Assembly (NCBI GenBank): GCA_038146865.1
Contig: JAYQSL010000001.1
Location: 82,157 to 146,156, forward strand
Source of the DNA: Rhodospirillaceae bacterium
GTDB taxonomy: Bacteria > Pseudomonadota > Alphaproteobacteria > MPNO01 > UBA2964
DNA: 64,000 nt
Direction of reading: 5' to 3'
Position 1 is the first letter of the stretch; each line of letters starts with the position of its first letter. The notes under the pieces were generated by a model. That model had not been told where the DNA came from, did no database searches, and saw only the letters and a list, made by a program, of their open reading frames with translations. The translations under genes and the position numbers were made by a program. Below are positions 21,994 through 32,819 of this stretch, piece by piece.

Positions 21994-22509
21994 ATGAAAT
22001 CTCCAGGGCGGACAGTGCCAAAAAAAAGTAGAGAGGATGCGAAAAAACTTAGGTTGAAAGGCGGAATCCCGGATGACGTCCCACCTGCCATGCCGATCAG
22101 ACCTCCACCGATTTTACCAAAAAACTCAACAGGGTTTTCCAGCCTCCTACAAGGCGAGCGCAAATTAGGTGGGGATACCAACGGCAAAAAGTTACTCATA
22201 GGCAGAGATATTTCTCTTAACGGCACTATCAGTTCCTGTGAGAAACTTGTAGTTGAGGGGACGGTGGAGACGAATATATCTGAATGCAGAGAATTGGAAA
22301 TTTCTAGCGGCGGTCTGTTTAAGGGAGAAGCCAAAATTGAGATAGCGGAAATCGCGGGAGAGTTCGTCGGAAGTTTATCAGCGGATCTTTTGATACTCAG
22401 AAAAAGCGGCCGTGTATCAGGCCACCTCACTTATGGCCAACTAGAAGTTGAGCGCGGAGGAGAAATCACAGGGGACATATCTAAAATTGAAGGGAACACA
22501 GAATCATAA
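21994..22509 (+). CDS. Bactofilin (DUF583) cytoskeletal protein with a Pro-rich N-terminal tail.
   Basis: 171 aa. Repeated beta-helical windings (LVVEGTVETNI, ISSGGLFKGEAKIE, SGRVSGHLTYGQLEVERGGEITGDI) are typical of bactofilin. Confidence 0.65.
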   Translation: MKSPGRTVPKKSREDAKKLRLKGGIPDDVPPAMPIRPPPILPKNSTGFSSLLQGERKLGGDTNGKKLLIGRDISLNGTISSCEKLVVEGTVETNISECRELEISSGGLFKGEAKIEIAEIAGEFVGSLSADLLILRKSGRVSGHLTYGQLEVERGGEITGDISKIEGNTES

Positions 22510-22538
22510 GGTTTTCTTTAGTTATAGCTGCTCTTGTT

Positions 22539-22948
22539 ATGCAGGTTGGGTGTGTATCGACCCCCGTGGGACCAGATCCGAGTCCAGACGCAGCGGAAAG
22601 AAAGATAGAAAAGGTATCTCCCCGCCCGAATGTGACAAGTCAAACAATTAGTAAATTACGAGCACCCAAAAACCTGGAGCGCCCACAATTCGGTCCCTAT
22701 TGGGTCGCGGAGCGGAAAATATTCAAAAACTATTCGGTACGCCAGATTTCGTCCGCCGAGATTTTGGCACTCAATTTTGGAGGTATAAAGGGGAGAACTG
22801 CTTGCTCAATCTAGCGATTTACCCGCAAGCGGACGGAGTTAGCTACCGTGTTGTTCACCAAGAGACAATTGATGAAAATGGTAACCTGGTCGAAACACCC
22901 CTTTGCATAAAGCAACTTCTTATAAAAGCTCAAAAACTTAAGAGTTAG
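22539..22948 (+). CDS. Hypothetical small protein split over two overlapping frames (22539..22814 and 22655/22700..22948); possible lipoprotein or frameshifted gene.
   Basis: Two ORFs overlap by about 160 nt in different frames. Upstream context encodes LVIAALVMQVGC (hydrophobic stretch followed by Cys). No known motif. Confidence 0.2.
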
Positions 22949-23585
22949 GTGTTGATTTTTTTTTATATTGGCAAATATCTACGTTATCACAAGAGCCACA
23001 AATGGGCTTTCTTGCTTTGCAAGTGTAGCGGCCAAATAAAATCAGCCAATGATGAGCATGATAAAGGTAATTTTTTGGCGTTCGCCGAAGTAAAGCCTTT
23101 TCCACCGCATCAACATTTTTCCCGGGCGCCAAACCCGTCCTATTTGCAACTCGGAATATATGCGTATCAACAGCCATCGTAGGTCTTCCGAAGGCGATAT
23201 TTAAGACGACATTAGCAGTCTTTCTTCCGACGCCCGGAAGAGCAACGAGTGCACCCCTATCATCGGGCACCTCACTACCATGTTCCTTTATAAGTTTTTG
23301 GCTAAGAGAAATTATATTTTTGGCCTTAGTCCGATACAGGCCAATTGTCTTGATATGTTTTATCAAAGCAAGTTCCCCCAAAGCGACCATTTGCTCGGGT
23401 GTACGAACAATTTCAAATAACTTACGAGTTGCTCGATTCACTCCAATATCTGTCGCCTGAGCAGACAACACAACCGCGACAAGAAGTGTATAGGTGTTTA
23501 TGAAAATCAGCTCGCCCTTTGGTTCAGGGTCGGCCTCAGCTAGTCGTCGATAAAAAAGTTCGACATCTTTTAATTTCATACTCAT
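22938..23585 (-). CDS. nth: Endonuclease III (Nth), DNA glycosylase/AP lyase.
   Basis: 215 aa. HhH-GPD fold and C-terminal 4Fe-4S cluster CKARKPICGSCDNVDIC. Confidence 0.85.
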   Translation of the reverse strand: MSMKLKDVELFYRRLAEADPEPKGELIFINTYTLLVAVVLSAQATDIGVNRATRKLFEIVRTPEQMVALGELALIKHIKTIGLYRTKAKNIISLSQKLIKEHGSEVPDDRGALVALPGVGRKTANVVLNIAFGRPTMAVDTHIFRVANRTGLAPGKNVDAVEKALLRRTPKNYLYHAHHWLILFGRYTCKARKPICGSCDNVDICQYKKKSTPNS

Positions 23586-23663
23586 ATAATTTTTATATCC
23601 ACAAGTGTGCGATTATTAGAAAATTAGAATTAGCTTAGGGAATAAGAGAAACCTCCTCATGAT

Positions 23664-24167
23664 ATGAAAAAAATTAGTCAAGATAACGGCAGTATTTCAA
23701 CCGGCTCCAAAACTCGATTTTACAAAGTGATCCGACCCAACCAAAGCCTCAACGACCGCACCTTTTTTTGGGTCATCGGTGGATTTGGGCTCGCAAGCTT
23801 CGGACTGGGGATCGGCTTCATAATCGTGGGGGCGTGGCCGGTATTTGGTTTTTTTGGTGTTGACATACTCTTGGTCTACATTGCCTTTCGCCGCATCTAC
23901 CGATCTGGCGAGAAATATGAAACGCTGCATCTTAGCAGAACTCTTCTTCAAGTGGAGCAGATAAGTTCCAAAGGCAACCGCGTGGCTAAATGCTTTAACC
24001 CTTACTGGGTAATAATAGAATTTCACCAAGGGTCTCGAACGCGCGATAGTCTCTGCTTGCGATCTCACGGGGAATCTCTGGAGATAGCCAGCTTTTTGAG
24101 TGCGGATAGAAAAAAGGAATTAGCCAATCAACTTCACTCAGAGATTAAAAAACTTAAGAGCGAATAG
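23664..24167 (+). CDS. Hypothetical membrane protein (DUF2244-like; two TM helices plus a cytoplasmic domain).
   Basis: 167 aa. FFWVIGGFGLASFGLGIGFIIVGAWPVFGFFGVDILLVYIAF TM hairpin. Confidence 0.4.
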   Translation: MKKISQDNGSISTGSKTRFYKVIRPNQSLNDRTFFWVIGGFGLASFGLGIGFIIVGAWPVFGFFGVDILLVYIAFRRIYRSGEKYETLHLSRTLLQVEQISSKGNRVAKCFNPYWVIIEFHQGSRTRDSLCLRSHGESLEIASFLSADRKKELANQLHSEIKKLKSE

Positions 24168-24192
24168 AAGCAGCTGTTATGACGGCAATTTC

Positions 24193-25011
24193 CTAAGCTA
24201 ACTCAGTCAAACCAAGTACATCTGCCATAGTATAAACTCCGGGTGCTTGATCTTGAGCCCATCTCGCAGCTCTAACCGCCCCTCTCGAAAAAATCGCCCG
24301 ACTAGAGGCCTTATGGCTGAGTTCCAACCTCTCTCCCTCTGCCGCGAAAACAACAGTATGATCGCCAGTTACATCGCCGCCTCTCAACGTGGCGAACCCA
24401 ATGTCCCCAGAATTTCTCTGGCCCGTTTGTCCTTCACGCGATAGTACCGCTTTTGTTGAAAAATCGACCTTGCGCCCCTCAGCAGCTGCCCTCCCCAATC
24501 CAAGCGCAGTTCCGCTGGGCGCGTCGACTTTATTTCTGTGGTGCATCTCTAAGATTTCGATATCAAAATCTTCGTCCAAAATTGACGCGACTTGGCGCGT
24601 GATTGCAAATAAAATATTTACGGCAACACTCATATTAGGGGCGTACACAAGGCGGGCCCGTTCCCCCGCTTCCGCTAGTATTTTCTCTTCCGATACTGAG
24701 AGACCGGTAGTCCCTATTACATGAACTCGGCCCCGGTCCGCGGCCGTTAAAGCGTTCTTAACCGAAGACTCTGGTGAGGAAAATTCAATGACAGATTCCA
24801 CGGTATCAAATACGTTTTCCGGGGAGTCGCCAATTTCTATGCCCGAGCGACCAACGCCCGCCACTTCTCCGGCGTCTTGACCAATAACCTCGGAACCAGG
24901 ACGGTCACACGCAGCTTCCAACACGACCCCATCGATATGCTTTATTTGTTGGATTACCGCTTGGCCCATACGGCCGCCGGCTCCAATAACACCCAATTTT
25001 AAATCAGCCAT
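24193..25011 (-). CDS. dapB: 4-hydroxy-tetrahydrodipicolinate reductase DapB.
   Basis: 272 aa. N-terminal Rossmann LKLGVIGAGGRMGQ. Conserved position after dnaJ. Confidence 0.85.
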   Translation of the reverse strand: MADLKLGVIGAGGRMGQAVIQQIKHIDGVVLEAACDRPGSEVIGQDAGEVAGVGRSGIEIGDSPENVFDTVESVIEFSSPESSVKNALTAADRGRVHVIGTTGLSVSEEKILAEAGERARLVYAPNMSVAVNILFAITRQVASILDEDFDIEILEMHHRNKVDAPSGTALGLGRAAAEGRKVDFSTKAVLSREGQTGQRNSGDIGFATLRGGDVTGDHTVVFAAEGERLELSHKASSRAIFSRGAVRAARWAQDQAPGVYTMADVLGLTELA

Positions 25012-25091
25012 TATACCTCGAAAAATCCAACCTTCTTTTAGAAATTATTTACTAACCCAAACAGAACAAAATAACCATCAAGAAGGCCAGA

Positions 25092-26243
25092 TCAGTCAGT
25101 TAAATCATCCCAGAGCTCTTTAGCCCTAGAAAAAAATCCTTCTGATTCTGGGCTAGTGGATTTGCCGCCTCGATTTTGTTTGAGTCCTAAAGAATCCTCA
25201 AATGCCTGCAGTTTTTCTCGTTGATCGCGATTTAAGTTAACAGGTGTTTCGACTTGTATTTCGATGTACATATCACCGCGCCGCTTATCATTTAATATTG
25301 ACATTCCCTTGCCGCGCAGCCTCAGACGATGGCCAGTTTGGGTCCCTGCCGGGATACTTACCTTAGCCCGCCCTCCATCAATTGATGGAACCTCGACATT
25401 TCCTCCCAGCGCCGCGGTAGTCATTCGGATAGGAACTCGGCTATACGTATTACTTCCATCTCTCTGAAACAGGGCATGCGACAAAATATTCACATGAATA
25501 TAGAGATCTCCCGCTGGGGCTCCCCTCATCCCGGCCTCGCCCTCTCCAGACAGCCTAATGCGCATGCCGTCCTCAACCCCTGACGGTACGTTGACTGAAA
25601 GAGTTTTTTCTTTGCGAACCGCACCTATGCCATTACATGAATTACAGGGATCGGAAATTGTTTGGCCATTCCCTTGGCATGTGGGGCAAGTTCTTTCTAC
25701 CGTAAAAAAGCCCTGACTTGCCCGGACCTTTCCATGGCCCTTACAGGTGGGACAACTGGTGGGTTGTGAACCAGGGGCAGCCCCGGAGCCCTGACAGCCA
25801 TCGCACGATACAGCCGTCGGCACACGAATACGGGTTTCTTTACCCTTGAAGGCCTCTTCAAGAGATATTTCTAGATTGTAACGTAGGTCATTACCCCGAT
25901 TGGAACTATTATTACCTCGTCGACGACCCCCAAAATCGCCAAACATTTCCTCAAAAATGTCAGCAAAACCGCCCGAGCTAAAGCCTCCAAATCCTCCCTG
26001 ACCCTGCCCCGCAGTCCCATCAAAAGCTGCGTGCCCGAACTGATCATAAGCAGCCCTTTTTTCCTTATCTTTGAGAATATCATAGGCCTCGTTGATCTCT
26101 TTGAATTTCTGTTCAGCATTTGCGTCACCCGAATTTCTATCCGGATGAAATTGCATCGCAAGCTTTCTGAACGCTTGTTTGATTTCAGCGTCGTCGGCTT
26201 GCTTGCTTACGCCGAGAACCTCGTAGAAATCTTGTTGGGCCAT
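25092..26243 (-). CDS. dnaJ: Chaperone DnaJ.
   Basis: 383 aa. J-domain (HPD), G/F-rich region, four CxxCxGxG zinc-finger repeats. Confidence 0.9.
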   Translation of the reverse strand: MAQQDFYEVLGVSKQADDAEIKQAFRKLAMQFHPDRNSGDANAEQKFKEINEAYDILKDKEKRAAYDQFGHAAFDGTAGQGQGGFGGFSSGGFADIFEEMFGDFGGRRRGNNSSNRGNDLRYNLEISLEEAFKGKETRIRVPTAVSCDGCQGSGAAPGSQPTSCPTCKGHGKVRASQGFFTVERTCPTCQGNGQTISDPCNSCNGIGAVRKEKTLSVNVPSGVEDGMRIRLSGEGEAGMRGAPAGDLYIHVNILSHALFQRDGSNTYSRVPIRMTTAALGGNVEVPSIDGGRAKVSIPAGTQTGHRLRLRGKGMSILNDKRRGDMYIEIQVETPVNLNRDQREKLQAFEDSLGLKQNRGGKSTSPESEGFFSRAKELWDDLTD

Positions 26244-26286
26244 TTGGGCAATACCGCTCTAAAGTCTGTAAACCTAATAAACAAAA

Positions 26287-28206
26287 TTAGGTGTTAGGCT
26301 TATCTTTATTATCTTCTTCTACAACCTCTTCAAAATCAGCATCAACCACGCCGTCTTCTGGCCCTCCTTCACCTGAAGCCGCACCCGGTTCGGGCGACCC
26401 TTCAGGCTGCGCATACATTGCCTCACCAAGCTTCATTGCAGATTGAGCTAATGCCTCGGTTTTGGCCTTTATCAGATCTCCGTCATCACCACCAAGGGCT
26501 TCTTTGAGGGCAGCAATGTCGGCTTCTATCTGTATCTTGTCCTGTTCAGAAATTTTTTCCGCATTTTCAGAAATGCTCTTCTCGGTGCTGTACAATAGGC
26601 TATCAGCCTGGTTCCGAACTTCTACCTGTTCTTTACGCTTGCGATCTTCTTCTGCATGGCTCTCGGCTTCTTTCACCATCTTTTCGATTTCATCTTCGGA
26701 TAGACCACTTGAAGCCTGAATTCGAATTTGCTGTTCTTTGTTGGTAGCCTTATCCTTAGCACTGACATTGACAATGCCATTGGCATCAATGTCAAAGGTA
26801 ACTTCTATCTGCGGAACGCCGCGTGGAGCCCCCGGAATGCCAACCAAATCAAACTGCCCAAGAATCTTGTTATCTGCAGCCATCTCACGTTCTCCTTGGA
26901 AAACTCGAATTGTAACAGCAGACTGATTATCCTCGGCAGTAGAGAATACCTGACTCTTTTTGGTTGGAATGGTGGTGTTACGATCAATAAGGCGTGTGAA
27001 CACTCCACCCAGAGTCTCGATTCCTAGCGAGAGTGGCGTCACATCAAGAAGAAGTACATCTTTAACATCCCCGGTAAGCACGCCCGCCTGGATCGCAGCT
27101 CCCAGCGCGACGACTTCATCTGGATTAACGCCCCGATGAGGTTCCCGACCAAAGAAAGACTGAACCGCTTCAATAACTTTTGGCATCCGGGTCATTCCAC
27201 CCACCAATATTACCTCATCTATCTCACCCGCAGTCAGGCCAGCATCTTTTATCGCGGCCTTACAAGGCTCGATGGTTCTTTGGATCAAATTATCAACCAG
27301 CGCCTCAAGTTTGGCCCGTGTTAATTTAATGTTTAGGTGTTTAGGGCCAGAAGCATCGGCAGAAATAAAAGGAAGATTAACCTCAGTTTGTACGGAACTA
27401 GATAATTCTATTTTTGCTTTTTCGGCCGCCTCTTTTAATCTTTGGAGGGCAAGTTTATCCCCTCTCAGATCTATTCCCTGATCTTTTTTGAATTCCTCTG
27501 CTAAGTATTCAATTATCCGTCCATCAAAGTCTTCGCCACCAAGGAAGGTATCCCCATTCGTTGACTTTACTTCAAAAACCCCATCACCGATCTCTAGGAC
27601 AGAAATATCAAACGTCCCCCCTCCAAGATCGTAAACCGCGATGGTACCATTAGTTTTTTTATCAAGCCCATAGGCAAGCGAAGCCGCAGTCGGCTCGTTA
27701 ATAATTCGTAAAACCTCTAAGCCTGCAATCTTGCCAGCATCTTTGGTTGCCTGGCGTTGAGAATCATTGAAATAAGCAGGAACAGTAATTACCGCTTGAG
27801 TTACCTCTTCACCCAGGTGAGCCTCAGCTGTTTCCTTCATTTTCATCAATATAAATGCCGAAATTTCGCTGGGACTATATTTTTTAGAATGCGCCTCAAT
27901 ATAAGCGTCCCCATTATCAGCTTTGACTATTGAATAGGGGACGAGATCCGAGTCCTTTTGAGTCATCGGATCATCGAAGGTGCGCCCAATCAAACGTTTC
28001 ACAGCAAATAAAGTGTTTTCAGGGTTAGTAACTGCCTGCCGTTTGGCAGATTGGCCAACCAGTCGCTCGCCATCCTGCGAAAATGCAACCATCGAAGGGG
28101 TGGTCCGAGCACCTTCTGAATTTTCAATAACCCTTGGCTCGCTGCCCTCCATAACGGCAACACAAGAATTCGTGGTGCCAAGATCGATCCCTATAACCTT
28201 GCTCAT
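26287..28206 (-). CDS. dnaK: Chaperone DnaK (Hsp70).
   Basis: 639 aa. [10 protein letters not shown] and DLGGGTFD signatures. Confidence 0.95.
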   Translation of the reverse strand: MSKVIGIDLGTTNSCVAVMEGSEPRVIENSEGARTTPSMVAFSQDGERLVGQSAKRQAVTNPENTLFAVKRLIGRTFDDPMTQKDSDLVPYSIVKADNGDAYIEAHSKKYSPSEISAFILMKMKETAEAHLGEEVTQAVITVPAYFNDSQRQATKDAGKIAGLEVLRIINEPTAASLAYGLDKKTNGTIAVYDLGGGTFDISVLEIGDGVFEVKSTNGDTFLGGEDFDGRIIEYLAEEFKKDQGIDLRGDKLALQRLKEAAEKAKIELSSSVQTEVNLPFISADASGPKHLNIKLTRAKLEALVDNLIQRTIEPCKAAIKDAGLTAGEIDEVILVGGMTRMPKVIEAVQSFFGREPHRGVNPDEVVALGAAIQAGVLTGDVKDVLLLDVTPLSLGIETLGGVFTRLIDRNTTIPTKKSQVFSTAEDNQSAVTIRVFQGEREMAADNKILGQFDLVGIPGAPRGVPQIEVTFDIDANGIVNVSAKDKATNKEQQIRIQASSGLSEDEIEKMVKEAESHAEEDRKRKEQVEVRNQADSLLYSTEKSISENAEKISEQDKIQIEADIAALKEALGGDDGDLIKAKTEALAQSAMKLGEAMYAQPEGSPEPGAASGEGGPEDGVVDADFEEVVEEDNKDKPNT

Positions 28207-28316
28207 AAAATCCCTCTTTTTCTAATTTTTCCCCAGTGAGTGGAGAACTATCTCTACCTATTGTTGGATGATCTATAACCCTAGAGCAAAGGCAACTCTG
28301 GTTTCCGATTTCCAAA

Positions 28317-28348
28317 TATTTGTTGGATATGGGGATCCAACAAGCTTA
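28317..28348 (-). promoter_or_regulatory. Putative sigma-32 (RpoH)-type heat-shock promoter for dnaK: TTGATT-N18-CCCCATAT.
   Basis: Minus strand reads TTGATT (28343..28348), an 18-nt spacer, then CCCCATAT (28317..28324). The -10 matches the sigma-32 CCCCATNT element. It lies about 110 nt upstream of the dnaK ATG. Confidence 0.25.
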
Positions 28349-28491
28349 GCGCAATCAAAATTTAAAAATTTTTGATATTTCACCGCCTGGTTTTCGGGTG
28401 AAATAATTGAGAACGCCTGTTCTAGCCAGGAAACCCTGACAAAAAACTAACGAAATATGATGTTTACCAGGCAGCATCTTTTTAACGCCCA

Positions 28492-29103
28492 CTATGTATC
28501 GGCTTTTTTCGAAACGCCGACTCTGGCCGGGCGCAGCAGTCGATCATGGATCATATACCCTTCCTCCATAACCTCGACTATAATGCCTGGCTCCGTATCT
28601 GGACTAGGAACTTCAAACAAAGCCTCATGGCGCTCATGATCGAATTGCTCACCTTTCGAGACTATGCGCGATACACCGTGACGCTCCAACGAATTAATTA
28701 ATTCCTTCTCTGTGAGCCTAACACCTTCGAGAAGCGCCTTTATGGAGTCACTCTGGTCCTCAACAGAACCAGACAATGCGTCGAGAGCTCTGGAAAGGTT
28801 ATCGGAAACAGCCAACATATCGCGAGCAAAATTTGTGGCGGCATATTTAAGTGCGTCTTCTCTTTCGCGGCGACCGCGCCGAATTAAATTTTCATTTTCT
28901 GCTAATGCCCGAAGCAATCGATCCCTCAGGTCAGAAATTTCTTCTTCCGGGCTTTTTTCTTCCCCTGGGTTCGGAACCTTTTCATCCTGGCTAGCCTCGG
29001 GAGCCTTTCCATCGTTTTCCTCTATCGGAGGCGCTTCGTCCTGAAAAGAGGCCTCTTCAGGATTTTCATTCTCTTTTTCGTCAGTCACAGGGTTTTCTTC
29101 CAT
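28492..29103 (-). CDS. grpE: Nucleotide exchange factor GrpE. Start re-called to ATG at 29101..29103.
   Basis: The ORF-track start at 29256 overlaps hrcA. The ATG at 29103 is preceded by AGGA and gives MEENPVTDEKEN..., about 204 aa with a typical GrpE C-terminal domain. Confidence 0.85.
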   Translation of the reverse strand: MEENPVTDEKENENPEEASFQDEAPPIEENDGKAPEASQDEKVPNPGEEKSPEEEISDLRDRLLRALAENENLIRRGRREREDALKYAATNFARDMLAVSDNLSRALDALSGSVEDQSDSIKALLEGVRLTEKELINSLERHGVSRIVSKGEQFDHERHEALFEVPSPDTEPGIIVEVMEEGYMIHDRLLRPARVGVSKKADT

Positions 29104-29108
29104 TTTTC

Positions 29109-30176
29109 CTATCCGATAACTCGTCCCACTACTTGTGCCGTGTAATCTACGATGGGGATAATCCGGGAATAGTTGATGCGGGTCGGCCCAACAACCCCGA
29201 TCGCCCCCATAATCTCTCCACTGGTTCCACTTATAGGAGCCGTAACGATAGCACAACCAGTTAAGTCAAATAGCTCATTTTGCGAGCCGATAAAAATCTG
29301 AACGCCGTCCCCAGCCTTTGTTAAATCAAGCAAAAGATCTATCAGCTCCTGCCGATCCAAAGCGTCAAATAATGACCTTACCTGTTCCAACTCGGCGACC
29401 ACGCTGACGTTATCTAATAGGCGGGCATGCCCCTTAATAATCAGGGAGCTCCCAGACCCTCCATCACGGCTCTCGTCAACTTTAGTCGCTAATCCAGCCT
29501 CCACCAACTTGCAAGTTAAAGCATCTAATTCTGCCCGATGCTCATTAATTTCCTTTTGAATTACCACCCGCGCTTCATCCAGGGTTCTCCCTGTTAACCG
29601 AGCATTCAAATAATTTGCTGCCTGTGTCAAAGCGGAAAGAGGGGTGCCCGTTGGTAGGTCTATCAGTCGATTTTCTACAAAACCATCGTCGCCCACCATA
29701 ACCACGAGAGCCTTGCCGCCGCCAATTCCAACGAACTCAATATGTTTCAAACCACGATCACTCTTTGGCGCAACTACTAATCCGGTGCACTTTGCCAGAC
29801 CGGAAATTGCGGTAGTCGCCTCTTCAAGCGCCTCTTTGGTACTCAACCCTACAGCCGCACATTTTTGTTCTATGCTAATCCTGTCATCATCAGACAAACT
29901 TCCAATTTCCATCAACCCGTCAACAAACAAACGTAAACCAAGGTCAGTGGGCAATCTGCCTCCTGAAGTATGACGAGAGTAAAGCAGCCCCATTTCTTCG
30001 AGATCTGCCATGACATTCCTGACAGACGCTGGAGAAATGGTCTCCTCCAAGCGGCGAGCCAAGATACGTGAACCCATCGGATCGCCAGTCTCTAAATATG
30101 CGCTCACTATCGTGCTAAAAACTGCTCGAGATCGATCATTCAATTCTGCAATTATGCTTTGACGTGGTGGCTGCAT
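29109..30176 (-). CDS. hrcA: Heat-inducible transcription repressor HrcA.
   Basis: 355 aa. Winged-helix N-terminus and HrcA C-terminal domain. Sits immediately upstream of grpE. Confidence 0.85.
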   Translation of the reverse strand: MQPPRQSIIAELNDRSRAVFSTIVSAYLETGDPMGSRILARRLEETISPASVRNVMADLEEMGLLYSRHTSGGRLPTDLGLRLFVDGLMEIGSLSDDDRISIEQKCAAVGLSTKEALEEATTAISGLAKCTGLVVAPKSDRGLKHIEFVGIGGGKALVVMVGDDGFVENRLIDLPTGTPLSALTQAANYLNARLTGRTLDEARVVIQKEINEHRAELDALTCKLVEAGLATKVDESRDGGSGSSLIIKGHARLLDNVSVVAELEQVRSLFDALDRQELIDLLLDLTKAGDGVQIFIGSQNELFDLTGCAIVTAPISGTSGEIMGAIGVVGPTRINYSRIIPIVDYTAQVVGRVIG

Positions 30177-30331
30177 ACTTTACATCCATTTCGTGACTAT
30201 CTAATAAGACTAATCTTTAAAATCAATGCTCTCGATAAAAATGATAACGGTGACTGAACGCCAAAAATTATGGATTATAGCGTTTAGATCCTAGATATGA
30301 TCGAGATCTAACACTCGTCAAGGAGGAAAAA

Positions 30332-31054
30332 TTGACCCGCCCATCTGGCCGAGCCGAAAACGAAATGCGGAAAGTGATATTAGAGAGAGATTATAACCCC
30401 TACGCAGAGGGATCTTGTCTTGCGAAATTCGGAAACACCCATGTGCTTTGCTGCGCTTCGATTGAAGAACAAGTTCCACCATGGATGAGAAATAGCGGAA
30501 AAGGCTGGATTACCGCAGAATACGGTATGTTGCCGCGCTCAACTCACACTCGAACACGACGCGAGGCCACCACCGGAAAGCAAGGCGGTCGTACGCAAGA
30601 AATCCAGAGGCTAATAGGGCGTTCTTTACGCGCAGTAACAGATCTTGAAGCTTTGGGAGAACGTCAAGTAAGAATTGATTGCGACGTAATTCAAGCTGAC
30701 GGGGGAACCAGAACAGCCGCGATTACAGGTAGCTGGGTTGCGCTAAATATTGCATTAGAAGGGCTTATAACAGGCGGGGCTTTGAAAAAAAACCCATTGA
30801 TGGATTCGGTCGCAGCCGTCTCATGTGGAATTAGTGATGGAGCGAGCGTGCTGGATCTTGATTACAGCGAAGATTCAAGAGCTGATGCCGATGCCAATTT
30901 CGTACTTTCAGGGGCTAATATGATCATCGAGGTCCAGGGAACCGCCGAAAACGAGCCATTCAGTCGTTCCCAATTTAACGATTTATTAGATTTAGCCTTC
31001 AAGGGTTGTGAAGAGCTAAAGTTGCTTCAACAAGCTGCAATCTTCAGGACCTAA
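30332..31054 (+). CDS. rph: Ribonuclease PH.
   Basis: 240 aa. RNase PH signature region ([12 protein letters not shown]). Confidence 0.9.
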   Translation: MTRPSGRAENEMRKVILERDYNPYAEGSCLAKFGNTHVLCCASIEEQVPPWMRNSGKGWITAEYGMLPRSTHTRTRREATTGKQGGRTQEIQRLIGRSLRAVTDLEALGERQVRIDCDVIQADGGTRTAAITGSWVALNIALEGLITGGALKKNPLMDSVAAVSCGISDGASVLDLDYSEDSRADADANFVLSGANMIIEVQGTAENEPFSRSQFNDLLDLAFKGCEELKLLQQAAIFRT

Positions 31055-31057
31055 CAT

Positions 31058-31663
31058 GTGATGACCTCGAGACAATTTGACAGCGATACCCTTGTAGTTG
31101 CGAGCCACAATGAGGGAAAAGTTAGAGAGATTGAAGCTCTGCTGAAACATCTTAACATCCATGTTGTTTCCGCTAAAAATTTGGGGCTGGCAGAACCGGA
31201 AGAGACTGGTGCTTCTTTTCGGGAAAATGCTGAGCTGAAAGCAGGACTGGCCTCTCGGGCATCAAATTTACCCGCACTTGCAGACGATTCTGGTCTGGCC
31301 ATTGAGGCTTTAGGGGGTGAACCCGGTATATTTTCAGCCCGGTGGGGAGGGGAGAGCCGCGATTTTAGTTTAGCAATGGAGAAGGTCGAAAAACGTCTCG
31401 CGGGAGAAAAAAATAGGAAAGCTGCATTCATTTGCGCACTTTCTTTGAGCTGGCCAGATGGCCATTTCGAGACCTTTGAGGGAAGGGTGCATGGGACAGT
31501 CTGTTGGCCTCCAAGAGGCGATAGGGGTTTTGGTTATGACCCAATTTTTATAGCCTCTGGAATGGAATCCACATTTGCTGAGATTGACCCAGCACTAAAA
31601 CACTCAATAAGCCACAGAGCAGATGCCTTCCGACAGCTAAGCGAAGCCTGTTTTTCTTCATGA
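31058..31663 (+). CDS. rdgB: Non-canonical purine NTP pyrophosphatase RdgB/HAM1.
   Basis: 201 aa. Ham1 fold ([13 protein letters not shown]...). Confidence 0.85.
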   Translation: MMTSRQFDSDTLVVASHNEGKVREIEALLKHLNIHVVSAKNLGLAEPEETGASFRENAELKAGLASRASNLPALADDSGLAIEALGGEPGIFSARWGGESRDFSLAMEKVEKRLAGEKNRKAAFICALSLSWPDGHFETFEGRVHGTVCWPPRGDRGFGYDPIFIASGMESTFAEIDPALKHSISHRADAFRQLSEACFSS

Positions 31664-32814
31664 GTCTTGAGCCGCTGGCCGTATATATTCATTGGCCATT
31701 TTGTCTATCTAAATGTCCTTATTGCGATTTCAACTCACACGTTAGAAATACCATTGATATAGAACGTTGGCGCAAAAGTTTTTTGGCAGAACTAGATTAC
31801 TTTGCAGAAATGATCGAGGGCAAAAAAGTCTCTTCTATATTTTTTGGCGGCGGCACACCCTCTCTAATGCCGCCGGATCTTGTAGCCAAATTAATAGAGC
31901 ATGTGGACGTTAAGTGGGGGATATTATCAGACTGCGAAATTACTCTAGAGGCTAATCCCACTTCTGCGGAGACTAAAAACTTCAAGTTACTGGCCCAGGC
32001 GGGAGTAAACCGGCTTTCAGTCGGAGTGCAGGCCCTGAAAGACGAAGACCTAGCTTTTCTCGGCAGAGAGCATTCTAGCATGGAGGCTCTCTCTGCGGTT
32101 GATGCGGCATGCAAAGCTGTGGACCGGGTATCTCTAGATTTAATTTATGCCCGGCCCAATCAGACACTAAAAAGTTGGGAGCAAGAATTATTAGTCGGCC
32201 TTTCAACGGGAGTAAATCATATTTCTCTCTATCAATTGACACTCGAGAAAGGCACTAAATTTTTTTCCGCGCATCGTAAAGGTGAGTTTAAATTACCCGA
32301 CGACAAACTGGCGGTTGCCCTCTTCATGACAACCAGGGATCTGTGCCATAGCAAAGGCTTCCCTGCCTACGAGGTCTCTAACCATGCAAAGCATGGACAA
32401 GAGTCCCGTCATAATCTCGCGTATTGGCGAGGACAAAATTATCTGGGTATTGGACCTGGGGCCCATGGCCGCATAAGAATTAATGGGGCTCTCCATTCGA
32501 CAGAGCAAATCTCCAGTCCCGAGAAATGGCTCAGAGCTGTGGAGAACCAGGGTCACGCCACCCGTAAAATGGAAAGTCTGCCTACGAAAGTTCAAATCGA
32601 GGAACTTTTGATGATGGGACTGCGCCTGACCAATGGTCTAGATCGACGGTCATTTCGCGAAAATACGGGGGTGAAACTAGAAGATGCAATTTCAGAAGAA
32701 AAGCTCACCTACCTGCAACACTTGGAATTAATTGAGCTAGATACAGATGGCCTGCGCGCCACAGAAAGTGGGCTTTTAAAGTTAAACTCGGTAATAACTA
32801 GCCTCATAGTCTAG
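31660..32814 (+). CDS. hemW: Radical-SAM heme chaperone HemW (HemN-like).
   Basis: 384 aa. [10 protein letters not shown] (CxxxCxxC) and HemN C-terminal domain. Conserved rph-rdgB-hemW block. Confidence 0.85.
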   Translation: MSLEPLAVYIHWPFCLSKCPYCDFNSHVRNTIDIERWRKSFLAELDYFAEMIEGKKVSSIFFGGGTPSLMPPDLVAKLIEHVDVKWGILSDCEITLEANPTSAETKNFKLLAQAGVNRLSVGVQALKDEDLAFLGREHSSMEALSAVDAACKAVDRVSLDLIYARPNQTLKSWEQELLVGLSTGVNHISLYQLTLEKGTKFFSAHRKGEFKLPDDKLAVALFMTTRDLCHSKGFPAYEVSNHAKHGQESRHNLAYWRGQNYLGIGPGAHGRIRINGALHSTEQISSPEKWLRAVENQGHATRKMESLPTKVQIEELLMMGLRLTNGLDRRSFRENTGVKLEDAISEEKLTYLQHLELIELDTDGLRATESGLLKLNSVITSLIV

Positions 32815-32819
32815 GTATG

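Noticed and set aside
30290-30331. CIRCE-like half-site TAACACTC just upstream of rph, in the hrcA upstream region.
   Set aside because: No inverted partner (GAGTGTTA) within 9-15 nt. A single half-site with one mismatch is not a CIRCE operator.
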